Source of the DNA: Blepharisma stoltei ATCC 30299
Taxonomy: Eukaryota; Protista; Ciliophora
Direction of reading: 5' to 3'
Length of the DNA: 64,000 nt
NCBI GenBank assembly: GCA_965603825.1
Contig: CBFDEM010000021.1
Span: 124,001 to 188,000, forward strand
In this document: positions 20,405 to 33,411 of the stretch, one piece after another
Numbering within the stretch: the stretch's first letter is position 1
How the letters are laid out: every line of letters starts with the position of its first letter
Position numbers and translations under genes: made by a program
Notes under the pieces: generated by a model
What the model saw: the letters and a program-made list of their open reading frames with translations, nothing else
Databases searched by the model: none
Told to the model about the DNA's origin: nothing

Positions 20405-23400
20405 TTAATTCCCTTCAGACTTCTTTTCAAATTGAATTACTGGCCTATTGCGATTTGATGGGCTATTTGTCCTAAATGCAAAAAGTGGAGGCTTAGGACT
20501 TGCCTCTCCTGTTGTGGAGCTACTTGGGGTTTTTTGGCCTGTTGTGTCTGTGGAAGATATATCTTTAGAAAATTCTTCAAACGTGATTCCTGCTTGCCCA
20601 AATAAAGAAGCAGCACCTTGTTTGAATTCTTTAGTCCCTTCAGCTCTCCTCATGAAATTTCCTGATGCCTGTCTGCGGCTTCCTTTATCAGCTCGAAGCT
20701 TTTCATTTTCTCTTAAAAGCAGCTCTTTTCGCTTTTCCAAAGCTTCTAAGGAATCAAGTGCTTGATTTTTTTGAGAAATTAAATGGTCTTTTTCCATGCT
20801 TCATTTTGCTCTTTCTTTTTCTAGATCAATAAAAAGTTGACTTCTCTGTTGCTCGGATTCCTTGGCACGCTTTTCATATTCAGAAAGCTTTGTTCTGAGT
20901 AAATTTACTTCAGAATTGAATTTTTCTTGCCATTCTTCGATTCTTGTATCCCTGTCTTTCTTAGTATTATCTAATTCATTAAGTATTTTTATTTCATTTT
21001 CTGTTAATTCCTGCAGACGCTTCTCCATATTTCCAGACTGAGAATTTCTCCCTCGTTTTTCAAGCTCAATTTCTTCTCTTAAACTTCTGATTTCTTTTTC
21101 TTGATTTTTTACTTTTTCTGTTAAATCTGATGTAGTTGAGGCATGATTTTCTTGCATGTCTTTTATTTGTGAGGAATATCTTGATTCTATTGAATCAATC
21201 ATCGTTTTATTTGCAATTTCTTGTTTTTCTCTATCCAGAGCTTTTTGTTTTTGAAATTGTTCAATAGTTGCCTCGAATTTTTTTTGAAATTCTGCAAGAT
21301 TATTTTTTTCTTGATCTCTTTGCTGTATTAAAAACGAAAATTTATTTTCCCATAAAATTCTTTCTCTTTCTGTCGCAGAAGTTCTCTCTGCATTATCTTT
21401 TTCAATTTCTTGTATACGAGTCTTCAATCTTTCATTTTCCAGCTGGATTTCCATCATGCCAGTACTTTCATTGTCTTTTTTACCTTTAAGCTGAATTTGC
21501 AAATTTTCTATTTCTTGTTTATATTGTTTTTCCATATCATTTTTTTTCATATCAAGGTTTACCAGTTTTTCTGAAAGTACTGCTTTTTCTTTTTCCAGGC
21601 TGCTGATTTGTTTTGAGCTACTTGCTGCTATATCTTTAAGCTGTTTTTTTCTTTGTTCTAATTTTTCTTCAAGGTTTTCTTTTACTTGTGTAAGTTTTGC
21701 TATTGTAGAAGACAGTTCTTGACCTGATTCATCTTTTAGGTTTTTTACGGTTTCACTATATTTATCTTCAGCATCATGCAAAGATTTTTCAAGCTCTAAA
21801 ATTCTTTTTGCTTTAAACTCGCTGTCTTGCTGTGCTAAAGCCATTTCTCGTTTAGAGTCACTTTTCTTTTGATTTAATTCATCAGATATTTTTTGATAAG
21901 CAATTTTTAGGTTTTCTAGCCTTTCAGCAATAATTTGCTTTTCTTTTTCATAGAGGGATTTTGTGTCCTCTAGCTCAGCTTCTTTATTAGAAAGCTGAGA
22001 CTCAAGCTGATCTTTTTTGAAATTAAGAGATTCTACCTCGCGCTCTCTTACCCCAATATCATTAGCCTGTTTTTCTACTTTTTCCAGTAGTGTATTTCTT
22101 TCTGATGTAAATTTCTCTTGTAGCTGTTCTATTGCTTGAGCATTTGTTTTTTGGATATTTTCTAAATTTTCTTTAGTTTCTTTTAAAACTTTTTCTAAAG
22201 TTTCTATTTTTTGTGTATCTAAGCCAGACTGATGAGTAAGCATATTTACTTGCTCTTTGTAATATTCTTCTAATTCATGCATTTCATCTTCTTTGGCTGT
22301 CAACTCTTCATCAAAGAGGTCTTCATTTTGTCTTATTCGGTCTTCGTATTCTTCACTCATAATTTTGTATTTTTTTTCGGATTTCTCTTTTTCTTCTTTT
22401 AACCTAAATTCAAGCCTATTTTTTTCTTCTTCATAAAATATTTTAAGTTGCTGATAAGATTGCTCTGCTCTTAAATTTCCTGCATGGACTTCTTCGCCAT
22501 GTTTTGACTTAGTTTCTTCTAATTGATTTTCTAATGCTTTTATTCTTTTTTTGAATTTTTCTTCTGCATCTTGGATAGAAGAATTCACTTTTTTCAATAA
22601 ATCGCTGACTTGGTCTTGAAGCTGGGTTTTTTCATTTAATAAATTTTCGATATCTTCTTGAAATTGGATTTCTTTTTCTGCCCAATTTGATGTATCAATT
22701 TTTGATTTTAATTCAAGCTCATTGTATTTTTGAATAATTTCTTCAAGCTGCTGGCTTAGCCTTTTACGTAAATTATCATTTTCAATTTCCAAATTTTTCG
22801 TATCATCATAGTATTGTTTTTTTAATTTTGCGAGCTGAGTTTCAGCCTCTTCAGAGTTTACTGATGTTCCTGCTTGTATAGATCTTATCATATTTTCATG
22901 CTGCTTTCTTTCATCCTCCAGCTGTTTTTTAGACTCCTGCAAGTATTGTTCAGCAAATTCCAGCTTCTGTGCAAGTACAGCATTTTCTTTTTGCCATTGT
23001 ACTAGTGATGATTTATAATTCTCATCAACATTTTGATATTTTTTCTCAAAATCTTCAGCTTTATTTTTCATTTTCTGCAAACTTATTTCATGCTCTCTAT
23101 TCGAGTCATTTATTTTTTTCTTAAATTCAATATCTTTCCTTTCAAGTTTTTGCTTGAAATTTTCAATTTGCAGGGTCATCTCGCTAATAATTGATTTATT
23201 TCTTATTTCGCTTTCTTCTAATTCCGCTTTTTCTCTGTCGAATTCGTTTTCTTTTTCTTCATATTCTCTTTCAAGCTCATTAAATCTTTCAGATTCTGCG
23301 TCAAGTCTTGATTGGTAAAATTTCAATTGATTTTCATATCTTGACTGTAAATCTTTTATAGAGAGATTATGGTCTTTTTTCTGGTTTTTTAATTCATTCA

Positions 23401-25366
23401 TGATCTCTTTTTCTCTTCTTCTGGATTCTTCTAAAGTTAATTCTAAATATTTTATTTTTTGGTCAAATAAAGCTTTTTCTTCTTGGAAATCAGCAACCTG
23501 CTGATGGAGAATTCTTTCCATTTCTTTCATTTTTTCTTCATATTCCCACACTTTTGTATTTGCGTTTTCAAGCTGCTGGGAATTTTCGGTTCGTACGTTT
23601 TTTAAAGCAGATCTCATTTCTTTATCTAAACTGTCTCTTTCACTTTTGAGCGACAAAATTTGTTCTCTCATGCTCTGTTCTTTTACTGTAAGCTCCGCCT
23701 TTTCTGCTTCCATTTTTGTGATTTTCCTCTGAAATTCATCACGCTCTCTAGCAAAATCTTCTTTAATTTCTTTTATATCATTTTCCAGCTGGGATATTTT
23801 TTCTGATTTTGTATGAATAATCATATCAAGCTCATTAGAAGTCGTTTTTATAAAAAAATCACTTGTAGATGATATTTTATTCATACAGAAATCCAATAAA
23901 ATTTCTCTACGGGCTGGGCCTTCAGGGCCATGCTCTAAAAAGAATTTTTGAAAAGATTTCATGCTTTTGTCATAATCGATAAAATATTTAAATTCTCCTT
24001 TCCTTAATTTTGAGTCTACAATTGAGTAATTATCTGTTAAAAATTCTGTTGCTTTTCTTTTAGTTTCTAGTTCATTGTCACTTTTAATTGAATAATATTT
24101 TTCTTGTAAGCTTTCTTTAAGCTGCTTTAAATAATTTAATTTTTCGTCACCTATAGCTTTAAGCTCGAAATGCTCTAAAGCAGCTTCTTTAGCCTCTTTG
24201 TGAATAAGTTTTAGTTCTTCTTCACTGATTGGGAATCTATTAGAAATGCTGCTTGTTAGTATTTTTTCATAAATATCTTGAGCATTTTGTAAGCTTTTTG
24301 TGCACTCAGTTTTGCATATATAAATCCAGGCATTTTCTGCATTTAATGCTTCTCCATGGTTTATGGCTTTTATATAAGCTTCTACTAAATGTGTAAGCAT
24401 TTGTCCATTAATGGCTTTCCCATTTATTGTCTTTACTTTGCATTTCCCGAGTATTTTTTTTCTTGCAGCTACAATTTGCTCTACAAATTCTAGCTTTAAA
24501 TCTTCAAATTCTTTTTCTTTTAAATTTTCTATATCTTCATCTTTATCAGTTGGTTTTACCAAAGTGCAACAGTCTCTTTCTTTAAAAAATTCTTTTATAA
24601 ATCTTCTGGTTTTATTTTTATTATCAATTGTACTCGAAGCTCCTTTTTGTGGCTGTAAAGACAGTTCTAGATACTCTTTAGCTGAAATTATATCACCTTC
24701 TGAGTTAATTAACTGTGAAGAAAAATCTCTGACTACCCACAAAAAAGTTGGGAAATGTGACCCATATTCTTCAATGCTGATTTCTTCAGTCTGCTGAGAT
24801 TTGATTTGGATTTTTTGGGTCAGGCTTGATATAAAAGAAAGGTTTTCTATAGAATTTTCATCAATAGAGCCAAATGAGTTATAGATAAGATAAGAACTTA
24901 AAAGGGTAGCCAGTGAGAAAATTCTTGTATCATGGTCAGTGTCCTTGCCAAAAATCTTAAGTCCTTCAGTGTCCATTAAAACGACACTACAAGTTTCACC
25001 TTCTGTGGTTGTTCCTGTCAAGGGCCTTCCCCAAACCCAAACTCCTTTTGTGCAAGGACTAGCCGATGCAGCAATATTAAATCCATTTTTACAGTTGAGC
25101 AAAACTCTGTTTAAAAAGTAAGATTTTCCGGTTCTATTCATACCTGTAATTGCGACAATAGAAATTGGCGCCGATAATGATTTTAAAAAGTCCATGGCTA
25201 CATCATTGATTGAATATTTTGCGATTTCTTGGTTATATGCGAGAAGCGGTATGGCTTCATCAATATATTGAAATTTCATCATACTGTCGTTCATAGATAT
25301 AGGTGAATCTGGCCTTGAGGACTCATAAGTCTCTACGTAGCGAAAAGAGTGATTTCTTTCTTCCAT
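20405..25366 (-). CDS. Guanylate-binding protein (GBP/atlastin family GTPase) with a very long coiled-coil tail, ~1653 aa
   Basis: GMNRTGKS (G1), PCTKGVWVW, DTEG (G3), YNS.G.I, FLWVVRDF (G4). ORFs are joined by TGA at 20801. Confidence 0.92.
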
Positions 25367-25920
25367 TTGATTCTGAAATCTTATATTTACATGGGTTAAT
25401 TTTAGATTAAATAATATAGAAAGGATTAAAGTAAAACATAAAAGAAAAGATTAATTTTTTAAAGAGGATAAGAAGGCATTTATAGTGAATATCAAATTTA
25501 TGGAAACTAGCATTAAATTTATTTTTTAATGAGGAAAGAGAGCTGATTGCTTAAAAATAGTGATTTGGATTTAAATAAGGTTTTCTAACTGATTTTTGCT
25601 TTCTCTATTTAATAAATAAATATAATGATATTTAAATGAATAGATAGAGGTTACAGACTTAAAAGAAATATAGTAAGGTTTCTATTGAGCGATTCTTTTC
25701 TTATCTCTATATAGAATATGCAGTATTGAATTAAACCAAAAATTAGCATTAATTTCACACTGCATTCCTATTTTAAAAGTAATTTCGAATTATTAATTTA
25801 ATTTAATTATATAGAAAAGAAAAAAAATAAAAACAATTAAAAGAAAACTTTAGACTTAATAAAAATAATAATTAAAATTTCGAATTTAAACTATAAAATT
25901 CACCATAAAGTATTCGTTAT

Positions 25921-26220
25921 ATGATAAAGATTAGCAAAATGGTAATACTCTGCCTTCTTCTTATATTTCATGCTTCAGCACAGGGAGGAATTACCTCAAA
26001 TAGTGACGAAACTAACATTTTGCATTCACCTTGGAAGTGGTTGGCAGATCTACTTGTGAATTATCCAGCGATCTCAACAATTTTATCGGTAATAGTCCTA
26101 ATGACACTTTTTTTTGTGATTTCAAGCTGCAAAAAACGCTGGCAAAAAGAATCTGACGTCAGAATATTATTGTACTCAAGATCCTTGAATAAAAAGGAAA
26201 AGAAAAGCCTTTTGGGTTAA
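25921..26220 (+). CDS. Small single-pass membrane protein with signal peptide
   Basis: Hydrophobic N-terminus ending ASA, then a TM segment followed by a basic tail. Confidence 0.6.
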   Translation: MIKISKMVILCLLLIFHASAQGGITSNSDETNILHSPWKWLADLLVNYPAISTILSVIVLMTLFFVISSCKKRWQKESDVRILLYSRSLNKKEKKSLLG

Positions 26221-26817
26221 TACATAGTAATCAAAAGTTTGTTTAACATAAACAGGATATTCTTCTACTAAGAACTTGATATATAAGTGCAGCAAGATTT
26301 ATGTGTAATTATTAAATAAAAATATAGCAGCCACATATCTCATTATGGGCTATATGAGGGTTTCATTATCTCAATTGTGTAATTTATTATCAAGCTGGAT
26401 ATTTTTGATATATCTGGTAATTCATTGCTGATGACCTAACTTCAATAATAATCAATTAGCATGTTTTCTTTTATGACACTAGAAAATAATTCTCAATTTT
26501 TATGGAGGATTTCTCCACAAAATAAGTGCCAATCTAAATTTTTAATTCATTATCTTGATTTTTTCAACATCAATCCCCACATTCATCCATTATTTTCTTA
26601 GCTCATTCTTCATCCCTATTTCCTAATCTCTCTAGAAAATCTCTCTTCATATTCCAAATAAAAATTCATTTTTATAATAAGAAATTATAAATTTAATGGT
26701 AATCACTTTAATAATTACTCATGTTTGCAAAATGGTTGATCATTTAAATCTTCGAATTCTGTGTGGAAAATTATTGCAAAAATTTAATTTCCTTTGATTC
26801 ATATCTATTATAAAAAT

Positions 26818-29694
26818 ATGAACGTATTGAATGACCTTCTCTTTGCAGGCAGCAGGCCTGAGTTCCCAGATCAGCAGCGATATTTGGAGATTTGAAGCAC
26901 ATTTTTGGACAATTTTCGCAAAGCAATGCGAAATATGGGATCTTTCCTAATTGAAATTATTCAGAGTTTTGATCAATACGGCAAATCGATCTCAAAAAGT
27001 GGAAAGAACTTAATTTTTCAATTATCAAAACTAACTACAAAAAATAACATGAACTTAGCCGAATGTATAAAAGCATTTGGAAACTACAGCGATTTGATTG
27101 GGAATATTTATATAAAGAGCTCAACTTCACTAAATAGTATGATTATTCAACGTGTTAACAAAATCTCAGAGGATGCTTCCCAATTTCGAAAAAAGATGGT
27201 TGATGAAGCTCAACAAGCTATGAGAGATTTAAGCCAAGCCAGGTCAATTTATGGAAAAATTAAAGCAAAATATGATAAAGCGTTAAAAGAAAGAGAATCA
27301 ACAATTTCTGCATATAAAAAAGTAAAAAATGACCCAAATACAAATTACCAGCTTGGAATTATACAAAGATATAAAGAAAAAGCTAAATCTTCAAAAAAAG
27401 AACTTCTAGAAGCTCAAGGATGCTTAGGGGAGCACATAAATATGACAGATCAAAAGCATGAGTCATTAGAAAAAATTTTGGCTTTATCTAATTCTCAGAT
27501 TGTGGAACTAGAAAAAGAATCCATGCAAGTTTTGAGAGGGTTAATCGAGTCTATTATTTGTATGATAAAAAACATTTTAGTGCTAAAAAAAGAGCAATCA
27601 GATGCAAGAATTGATCAATCAGCAGAATTGGCAAATATTACACTTGATTTAATGGTGCAATCTAAAGATAATGAATTAAAAAGTACAAATCCTATAGAAA
27701 ATTTAACTATGAAATTAGAATCTCGACTAATGTCTTGTGATGACAGAGCCAAAGCTCTTAAAGCATTTCGGACTTATTTATATGAAATCTGCTCAAGCGA
27801 TGAAATTTTCGGAAAAACACTAGAAAAAATAGGAAGAGGCCTTACTCTTTCAGACATAATTGCCAATAAAAAAGAGTCAAAATCACTATGGCTCTCATTC
27901 AACACTATGATTCTAGAACTTTCAAAAGTCCATTTAAATAACTGTAAAGAAATCAACAGAGCAACAGGAGAACCTATTCAAAATTTAGTAATTTTCCAAG
28001 GAAATTTATGCAAAAGCTTGCAATCAATTGTACAAAAAACCATAAGGGATCATTCTATCGTACAAGAAGAAGGACTCAAAGAATTCGAAAAAATAAAAAG
28101 AGCTGATGATAAAGCCCAAAAAAAAATCCAAGAAATTCGTGAAAGGATCCAGACTTCAATACAAAACACGGAGCACCAAGTTTTAAGCTCTTTAGCTGAA
28201 AATTCTAACCAAGAAGCATCTCAGCTTCAGTCTTTAAAAGCAATTTTGTCTAATTTATATAAATTAGATAGCCAATTAATTGATTTTTTACATGAGGCTA
28301 TCGACAAAGGCACAAAAGTTTTTGAAAATTTAAATATTGAGGATGATTTTAAAGATGTAGTTTTATATGAAATTCAGCCGCCAACTGATAGAGCTATGGA
28401 TATACAAACCCCAGCGCCACATTTAGAGACTGAAGAAGATATAAAAGAAGGAGACAGTAAAGCTGATGATAATGATATTTTTTCTAAATTTCAGCTACCA
28501 ATTGGGTCGATGTTTGTGGAAAGTTATTCATGTGCATTTTCACAGAAAATCCTTCTACAAGGGAGGATGTATATAACAACTACTCACATTTGTTTTCATT
28601 CTTATTTCAATTCAACCACTATTTTTGGCAGAGAAACTTTAATTGCAATTCCGCTAAAAGAAATAAAAAAAATTGATAAAAAAGTCCATGGTCTAGTATT
28701 TGATAATGCTTTAAGCATTGTTACTGATACAAATGAGTTCATTTTTGCTTCGTTTTTTTCTAGAGAGCAAGTAAAAGCGACCATTGAAAATTTATTAAAA
28801 ATGAACAAACCAAAATATAAAGAAATCACAGAATTTAAATGCGAATTTAAAATAGAAAATAGACCTGCAAGATTAGAACTGGGGAAATTAATGAGAAAAG
28901 TCGATGGTAAAAGCAATATTAATTCAAGCCAAATGAAGCCCAATTCTCTTTACAAACACATTATTATAGAATCATTAGAATTTGAAGTTTCCGCACAAAA
29001 AATTTTTGAGCTTTTATTTTCTGATAATTCCAAAAATTTTACGTTAAAATTCCTAGGACTGAGGGGAGACACCGACATAAACATAACGCAATGGACCCCA
29101 CCCCCTCCGAATTTTTACCAAAATATTCCAGGAGATGCCTGAAATTATTCCTCCACAAGAACCGTTGACTATACACACCCAGTGAAAGAAAGAGTATTGA
29201 TGATGCCAAAAACCTGCAAATGTATGGAAAACCAAACTATTTATTTTGTTTCGAATACAGAATTTATTTTTGAGACAGAAATTACCACAAGTGGAGTCCC
29301 TTTATCTGACTGCTTTGTAGGGCATTTTAGGTGAAAAGTAATAGGAGACCAAAAGGTAGCAATGCAGTCTAGTTCTGGGATGGAATTTGTAAAGAGCACA
29401 ATGTTTAGAGGTAAAATAGAGTCTGCAGGGACTAAAGAAACTAATGAAGTTACAAAAGATATTTGGCTGCCACTTGCAAGAAATGTGGTTAAGGAAAGCT
29501 TAGGACAAAAAGTTGATGAAATTGACGTGAAACCAGCTGTAAAAGAGGAGGAAAAAGGAAATAATAGTATGCAGTATATTCAATATGTGATGATTGGGGT
29601 ACTGCTGATTGTGCTATATAGGCTTTGGTCGAGAATTTGCAGCCTGGAAAAAGAAGTTGCAGATTTAAATGATAAACTTGAGCATTATATTTAA
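26818..29694 (+). CDS. LAM/GRAMD1 (Aster)-like lipid transfer protein: BAR/F-BAR-like helical region, GRAM, VASt (StART-like), C-terminal TM; ~958 aa
   Basis: GRAM: ESYSCAF..KILLQGRMYIT..HICFHS. VASt: IFELLFSD...QWT...GVPLSDCF..HFR(W)...FVKSTMFRGKIES. TM YVMIGVLLIVLY. Pieces are joined by TGA. Confidence 0.85.
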
Positions 29695-29819
29695 AGAATT
29701 GTCTATAGATTTTTAGGCACGAAAAAACCCAGAGAACTAAAAATAAAGCCAAATCGTTATTAATTGTACGCTTATATTAATCACAAAAATTTCTAATTTT
29801 TATTAATATTTCTAGATAA

Positions 29820-30434
29820 ATGGAATTTGAGAACTTTGCTGACATCGAAGAGAAGCGCTCTGACGTATTCGAGGTCCGTTTAGAAGAAGCCTTAAAATTC
29901 AAAAACCTTGGCAATGATTTTTACAAGAGCAATGACTTATTTAACGCTGAATATTTCTATCACGTTGGACTATTTCACATAGATTTTGACCAATTACAGT
30001 GAAATTTTGAGCTAATTGATAAGCACAGAGAAGCAGTCCTTGAAATAAAAAATCCAATTTGTCTTAACTTGGCAATGGTTCGTATAAAACTCGAAAATTA
30101 CCGAAAAGCCATTGACCTCTGTAATGAAGTTTTAAAAGAAGACAAAGAAAATGTTAAAGCGCTCTATCGGAAAGCTTTAGCTTATAAAGGTTTACGCTTA
30201 TTTGAAGAAGCTTTTGAATATGCATCTAGGGCTTTTAAAGCAAACCCAAGCGACACAAGCATTAGAAGCCTAAGAAAAGAAATCAGAGAACTATTAAAAA
30301 GAGATAGGGCAAGATCTGACAAATTTTGGAAAGGTAAACTTCTCCCCAAAACCAAAAAGTTTTCACTTTTCAGAGCTTTAAGTATACGCAACCCTTTAAA
30401 TCTTCATTTTAGGGTATTTCCTTTATTATTTTAA
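29820..30434 (+). CDS. TPR co-chaperone-type protein (FKBP/Cyp40-like TPR clamp, no PPIase domain), 204 aa
   Basis: KNLGNDFYK, CLNLAMVRIKL, ENVKALYRKALA; joined by TGA at 30000. Confidence 0.85.
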
Positions 30435-30450
30435 TTATCTATAGTTATAA

Positions 30451-31317
30451 ATGCAACAAACAAATAATAAAAGTAAAGAAAAAAAATCAAGCAGCCCAGC
30501 GTTGCCAAGCCTGACACTTGCTTTGGATTTCGGGAAATCTTCAGATCCTTTGAAAATCAAAGAAAAAGTATCATTTCTTAACCGAACTTTATATAAATCA
30601 GAAATCATGCATGATACACTAATACATCTTGAAAGATCAGCATTAAGAGGAGAAGGTATTGAAAAACCTGAGCCAAAATCGCCAATTAGACCACCCAAAA
30701 AGTCAAACGACTTAGCCGAAAAACTAAGAGCTGAGCACAGCCCTGGATTTGATGGCACCCAAATACTGAAACTTCCTAAAATGTCTTATGGGAGACACAA
30801 AACCTATAACGAAGAGCCAGAGTTTGTTAATAAGCATTTTGTGAACAAAAACAGAATAAGTTTGAGTCCAGAGCATTCTAAAGAATATAGCGAATTAAAT
30901 AGAAAGTTCAGAGCTTATAAGAAGAAAAATGATGGAAATAAAATCACAAGCCCAAGAAATACACAAAGATGAGGATCGGTTGATTTGGAATTTTATGACA
31001 TGGACTCAGGGTTTTTAGTGTGTAATAAAGAGCAGCATGTAGTCGATTCCTATGAAAATACAAGAAATCAGATAAAAGTGATTTATCAAACCTTTAGAAA
31101 TATTGACGATGAAAGATTGGAGAAGAAAAAGTGACTTGAAAGAAACAGAGAACTAAGGCTAAAAGAAGCAGAATTAATGAAAAGGCTTCATCCTACCTCT
31201 AGACTTGACTCTGATGTCTCTAGAGTGTATATAACCAAATACAGCCCTCTATTTGACCACACAGAATCTCCTCAAACCACAAAACCTATAATTCATAAAA
31301 AATTCAATTTTCCTTAA
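30451..31317 (+). CDS. Hypothetical protein (~288 aa)
   Basis: Open through two TGA codons to TAA at 31315. Confidence 0.65.
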
Positions 31318-31346
31318 TTTAAATGGCAAATTCTTCATAATTTTAA

Positions 31347-31850
31347 ATGGCATCAAGCTTAAGAAGACCACCAGCAAGAGGAGTCAAAAAAGGCCGCACT
31401 GAGCTGACAGAAGAGCAAAAACAAGAAATTAAAGAAGCGTTTGACCTATTTGACACTGATGGGTCTGGAGCAATTGACTCAAAAGAGCTAAAAGTCGCCA
31501 TGCGCGCCTTAGGTTTTGAACCTAAGAAAGAAGAAGTGAGGAGAATGATTGCAGAAATTGACAAAGATGGGTCAGGGACTATAGAATTCCCTGAGTTCCT
31601 TGATATGATGTCAACGAAAATGGCAGAAAGAGACCCACGTGAAGAAATTCTTAAAGCTTTTAAACTTTTCGATGACGATGGCACAGGAAAAATTTCTTTC
31701 AAAAATTTGAAAAGGGTGGCCCGAGAATTGGGCGAAAACATGACTGATGAAGAATTAATGGAAATGATTGAAGAAGCTGACAGAGATGGGGATGGAGAAA
31801 TTAGTGAAGAAGAGTTCTTAAGGATCATGAAAAAAACTAACTTATTCTAA
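31347..31850 (+). CDS. CETN: Centrin (caltractin)
   Basis: [22 protein letters not shown]...[17 protein letters not shown]...four EF hands...MKKTNLF. Confidence 0.97.
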   Translation: MASSLRRPPARGVKKGRTELTEEQKQEIKEAFDLFDTDGSGAIDSKELKVAMRALGFEPKKEEVRRMIAEIDKDGSGTIEFPEFLDMMSTKMAERDPREEILKAFKLFDDDGTGKISFKNLKRVARELGENMTDEELMEMIEEADRDGDGEISEEEFLRIMKKTNLF

Positions 31851-31887
31851 TTATAATAAATCAAAATTTAATAAGAATTGAGTAAAA

Positions 31888-32316
31888 TTAAAATAAAATA
31901 CAGCTGCTTTTGTCTTTTTTCGAGTTGTTTTTGCATTGATGTTGATCATAATACCTATGACTTAAACAAATTCTTTGACTGCACGAATTGCATATACAGG
32001 AATTTATTTCTGTAAGGAATGTTTTGCAATTTGTAACTGGACATTTTATTCCTTGTTTTTTAACGCAGTACCCTGATGTGAAATGCCGATCTCATATAAC
32101 ATTTGGGTCTATATTTGGATAAAGAGTAATCCCCATATCACACATAGGGCATTTTATTACGTAATTTTCTCTGGGAGGGTATGGGCAGCTATGATCTCTT
32201 TGTGTTCTGTGTTTTTTACAAAATTTTTGTCTACATTGTTCACACTCAAATGGTAGAAAATCTTGCTGCCTACAAGTTTTAACAGAACAATGTGCACCGA
32301 GGTTGACGAAATCCAT
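31888..32316 (-). CDS. AN1-type zinc finger protein (ZFAND2/AIRAP(L)-like), 142 aa, ending in CaaX CILF
   Basis: LGAHCS...CRQQDFLPFEC..C...FC..HR...H.C; CPMC; second AN1 finger after TGA at 32092; ends SSCILF*. Confidence 0.85.
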
Positions 32317-32435
32317 TTTGATAATTATAAAGACATATGACGTGTCTTTAAGATTTTATTATTTTTTTAAATTCTCCTTTATTATATATTTACATGAGAT
32401 TCCCATATTTTGTAGTTTTACCATAATAAATTATA

Positions 32436-33380
32436 ATGATAAATATTATGGATATTATCAAGAATATCTCTAGGACTATTGAAAAAATTCCAAATGCGAT
32501 TTTAGGATCACTTTGCTTGGTTGGGATTTATAAATCAATAGCGTTTTTAAAAGGACTAGCTCAGATATATTATGAATCTTGGCAGAGCTGTATAGACTTC
32601 AAAAAAAGATATGGAAGTGACTCATGGGTCCTGGTAACTGGTGGCGCGAATGGAATTGGAAAATCCTGGGTCGAAAGTTTTGCTAGAAGAGGTTTTAACA
32701 TAATTATTCTTGACATAGATGAAAAAGCTCATGAAGTTAAAGAAATAATTGAAAAAGAATACAAAGTTAAAGCACATGTAATCATATGTGACTTGACTGA
32801 CCAAGAAGCAATTTCACAGTTAATATATCAAGTTAAAGGCTTTGATATTTCTATCCTCGTCTGCAATGCAGGTGTCCATCATCATGGAGACGTTTCTAAA
32901 CAACCCATAGAAAGCATTATGAAGCTCATCAACGTCAATATTGTTAGCACAACCTTAATGATTAAAACATTACTACCTAATCTATTATACAGATCCCAAA
33001 AATCTGCTATAATAGTCATGTCATCTAGAAGTGGCTTTGCTAGTTTCCCCTACTCCTCTATATATGCAGCCACAAAGGCTTATTTAAGAATTTTATGCAT
33101 GTCGTTTTATCAAGAAATAAAAGAAAAAATCGACATTTTGTGTGTCCAACCATTAATAGTTAGCACTCCTATGACTAGACATATTAAGGTAGGAGGGATT
33201 ATTTGTTCATCAGAAGACTGCGTAGAATCAGCAATCACATCGCTCGGGCGCAGATTAGAAACCTGTGGCACAAGGGCTCATAAGCTTGTAGATTGGTATA
33301 TCAGTGGGAAGAATCTTGACGAAAAAGCAGAATTTTCAGCAAATATGATAAGAAGCCAGTTCAAATTGAAAAAACCATAA
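32436..33380 (+). CDS. Short-chain dehydrogenase, 3-ketoacyl-CoA reductase / HSD17B12-like
   Basis: N-terminal TM, WVLVTGGANGIG, CNAG, SS, YAATK, V.TPMT. Confidence 0.88.
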   Translation: MINIMDIIKNISRTIEKIPNAILGSLCLVGIYKSIAFLKGLAQIYYESWQSCIDFKKRYGSDSWVLVTGGANGIGKSWVESFARRGFNIIILDIDEKAHEVKEIIEKEYKVKAHVIICDLTDQEAISQLIYQVKGFDISILVCNAGVHHHGDVSKQPIESIMKLINVNIVSTTLMIKTLLPNLLYRSQKSAIIVMSSRSGFASFPYSSIYAATKAYLRILCMSFYQEIKEKIDILCVQPLIVSTPMTRHIKVGGIICSSEDCVESAITSLGRRLETCGTRAHKLVDWYISGKNLDEKAEFSANMIRSQFKLKKP

Positions 33381-33411
33381 ATGATAGAAATTCTTTATAA
33401 TAATTTATTAA

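Noticed and set aside
26321-26356. Hairpin ATATAGC...GCTATAT in an intergenic spacer
   Set aside because: A single AT-rich stem with no SECIS or snoRNA motifs; plausible by chance.
31343-31828. Long antisense ORFs (for example opposite centrin, GlyRS, kinesin, MCM2 and GBP)
   Set aside because: They are S/F/L-rich shadows of K/E-rich sense codons with no recognisable motifs.
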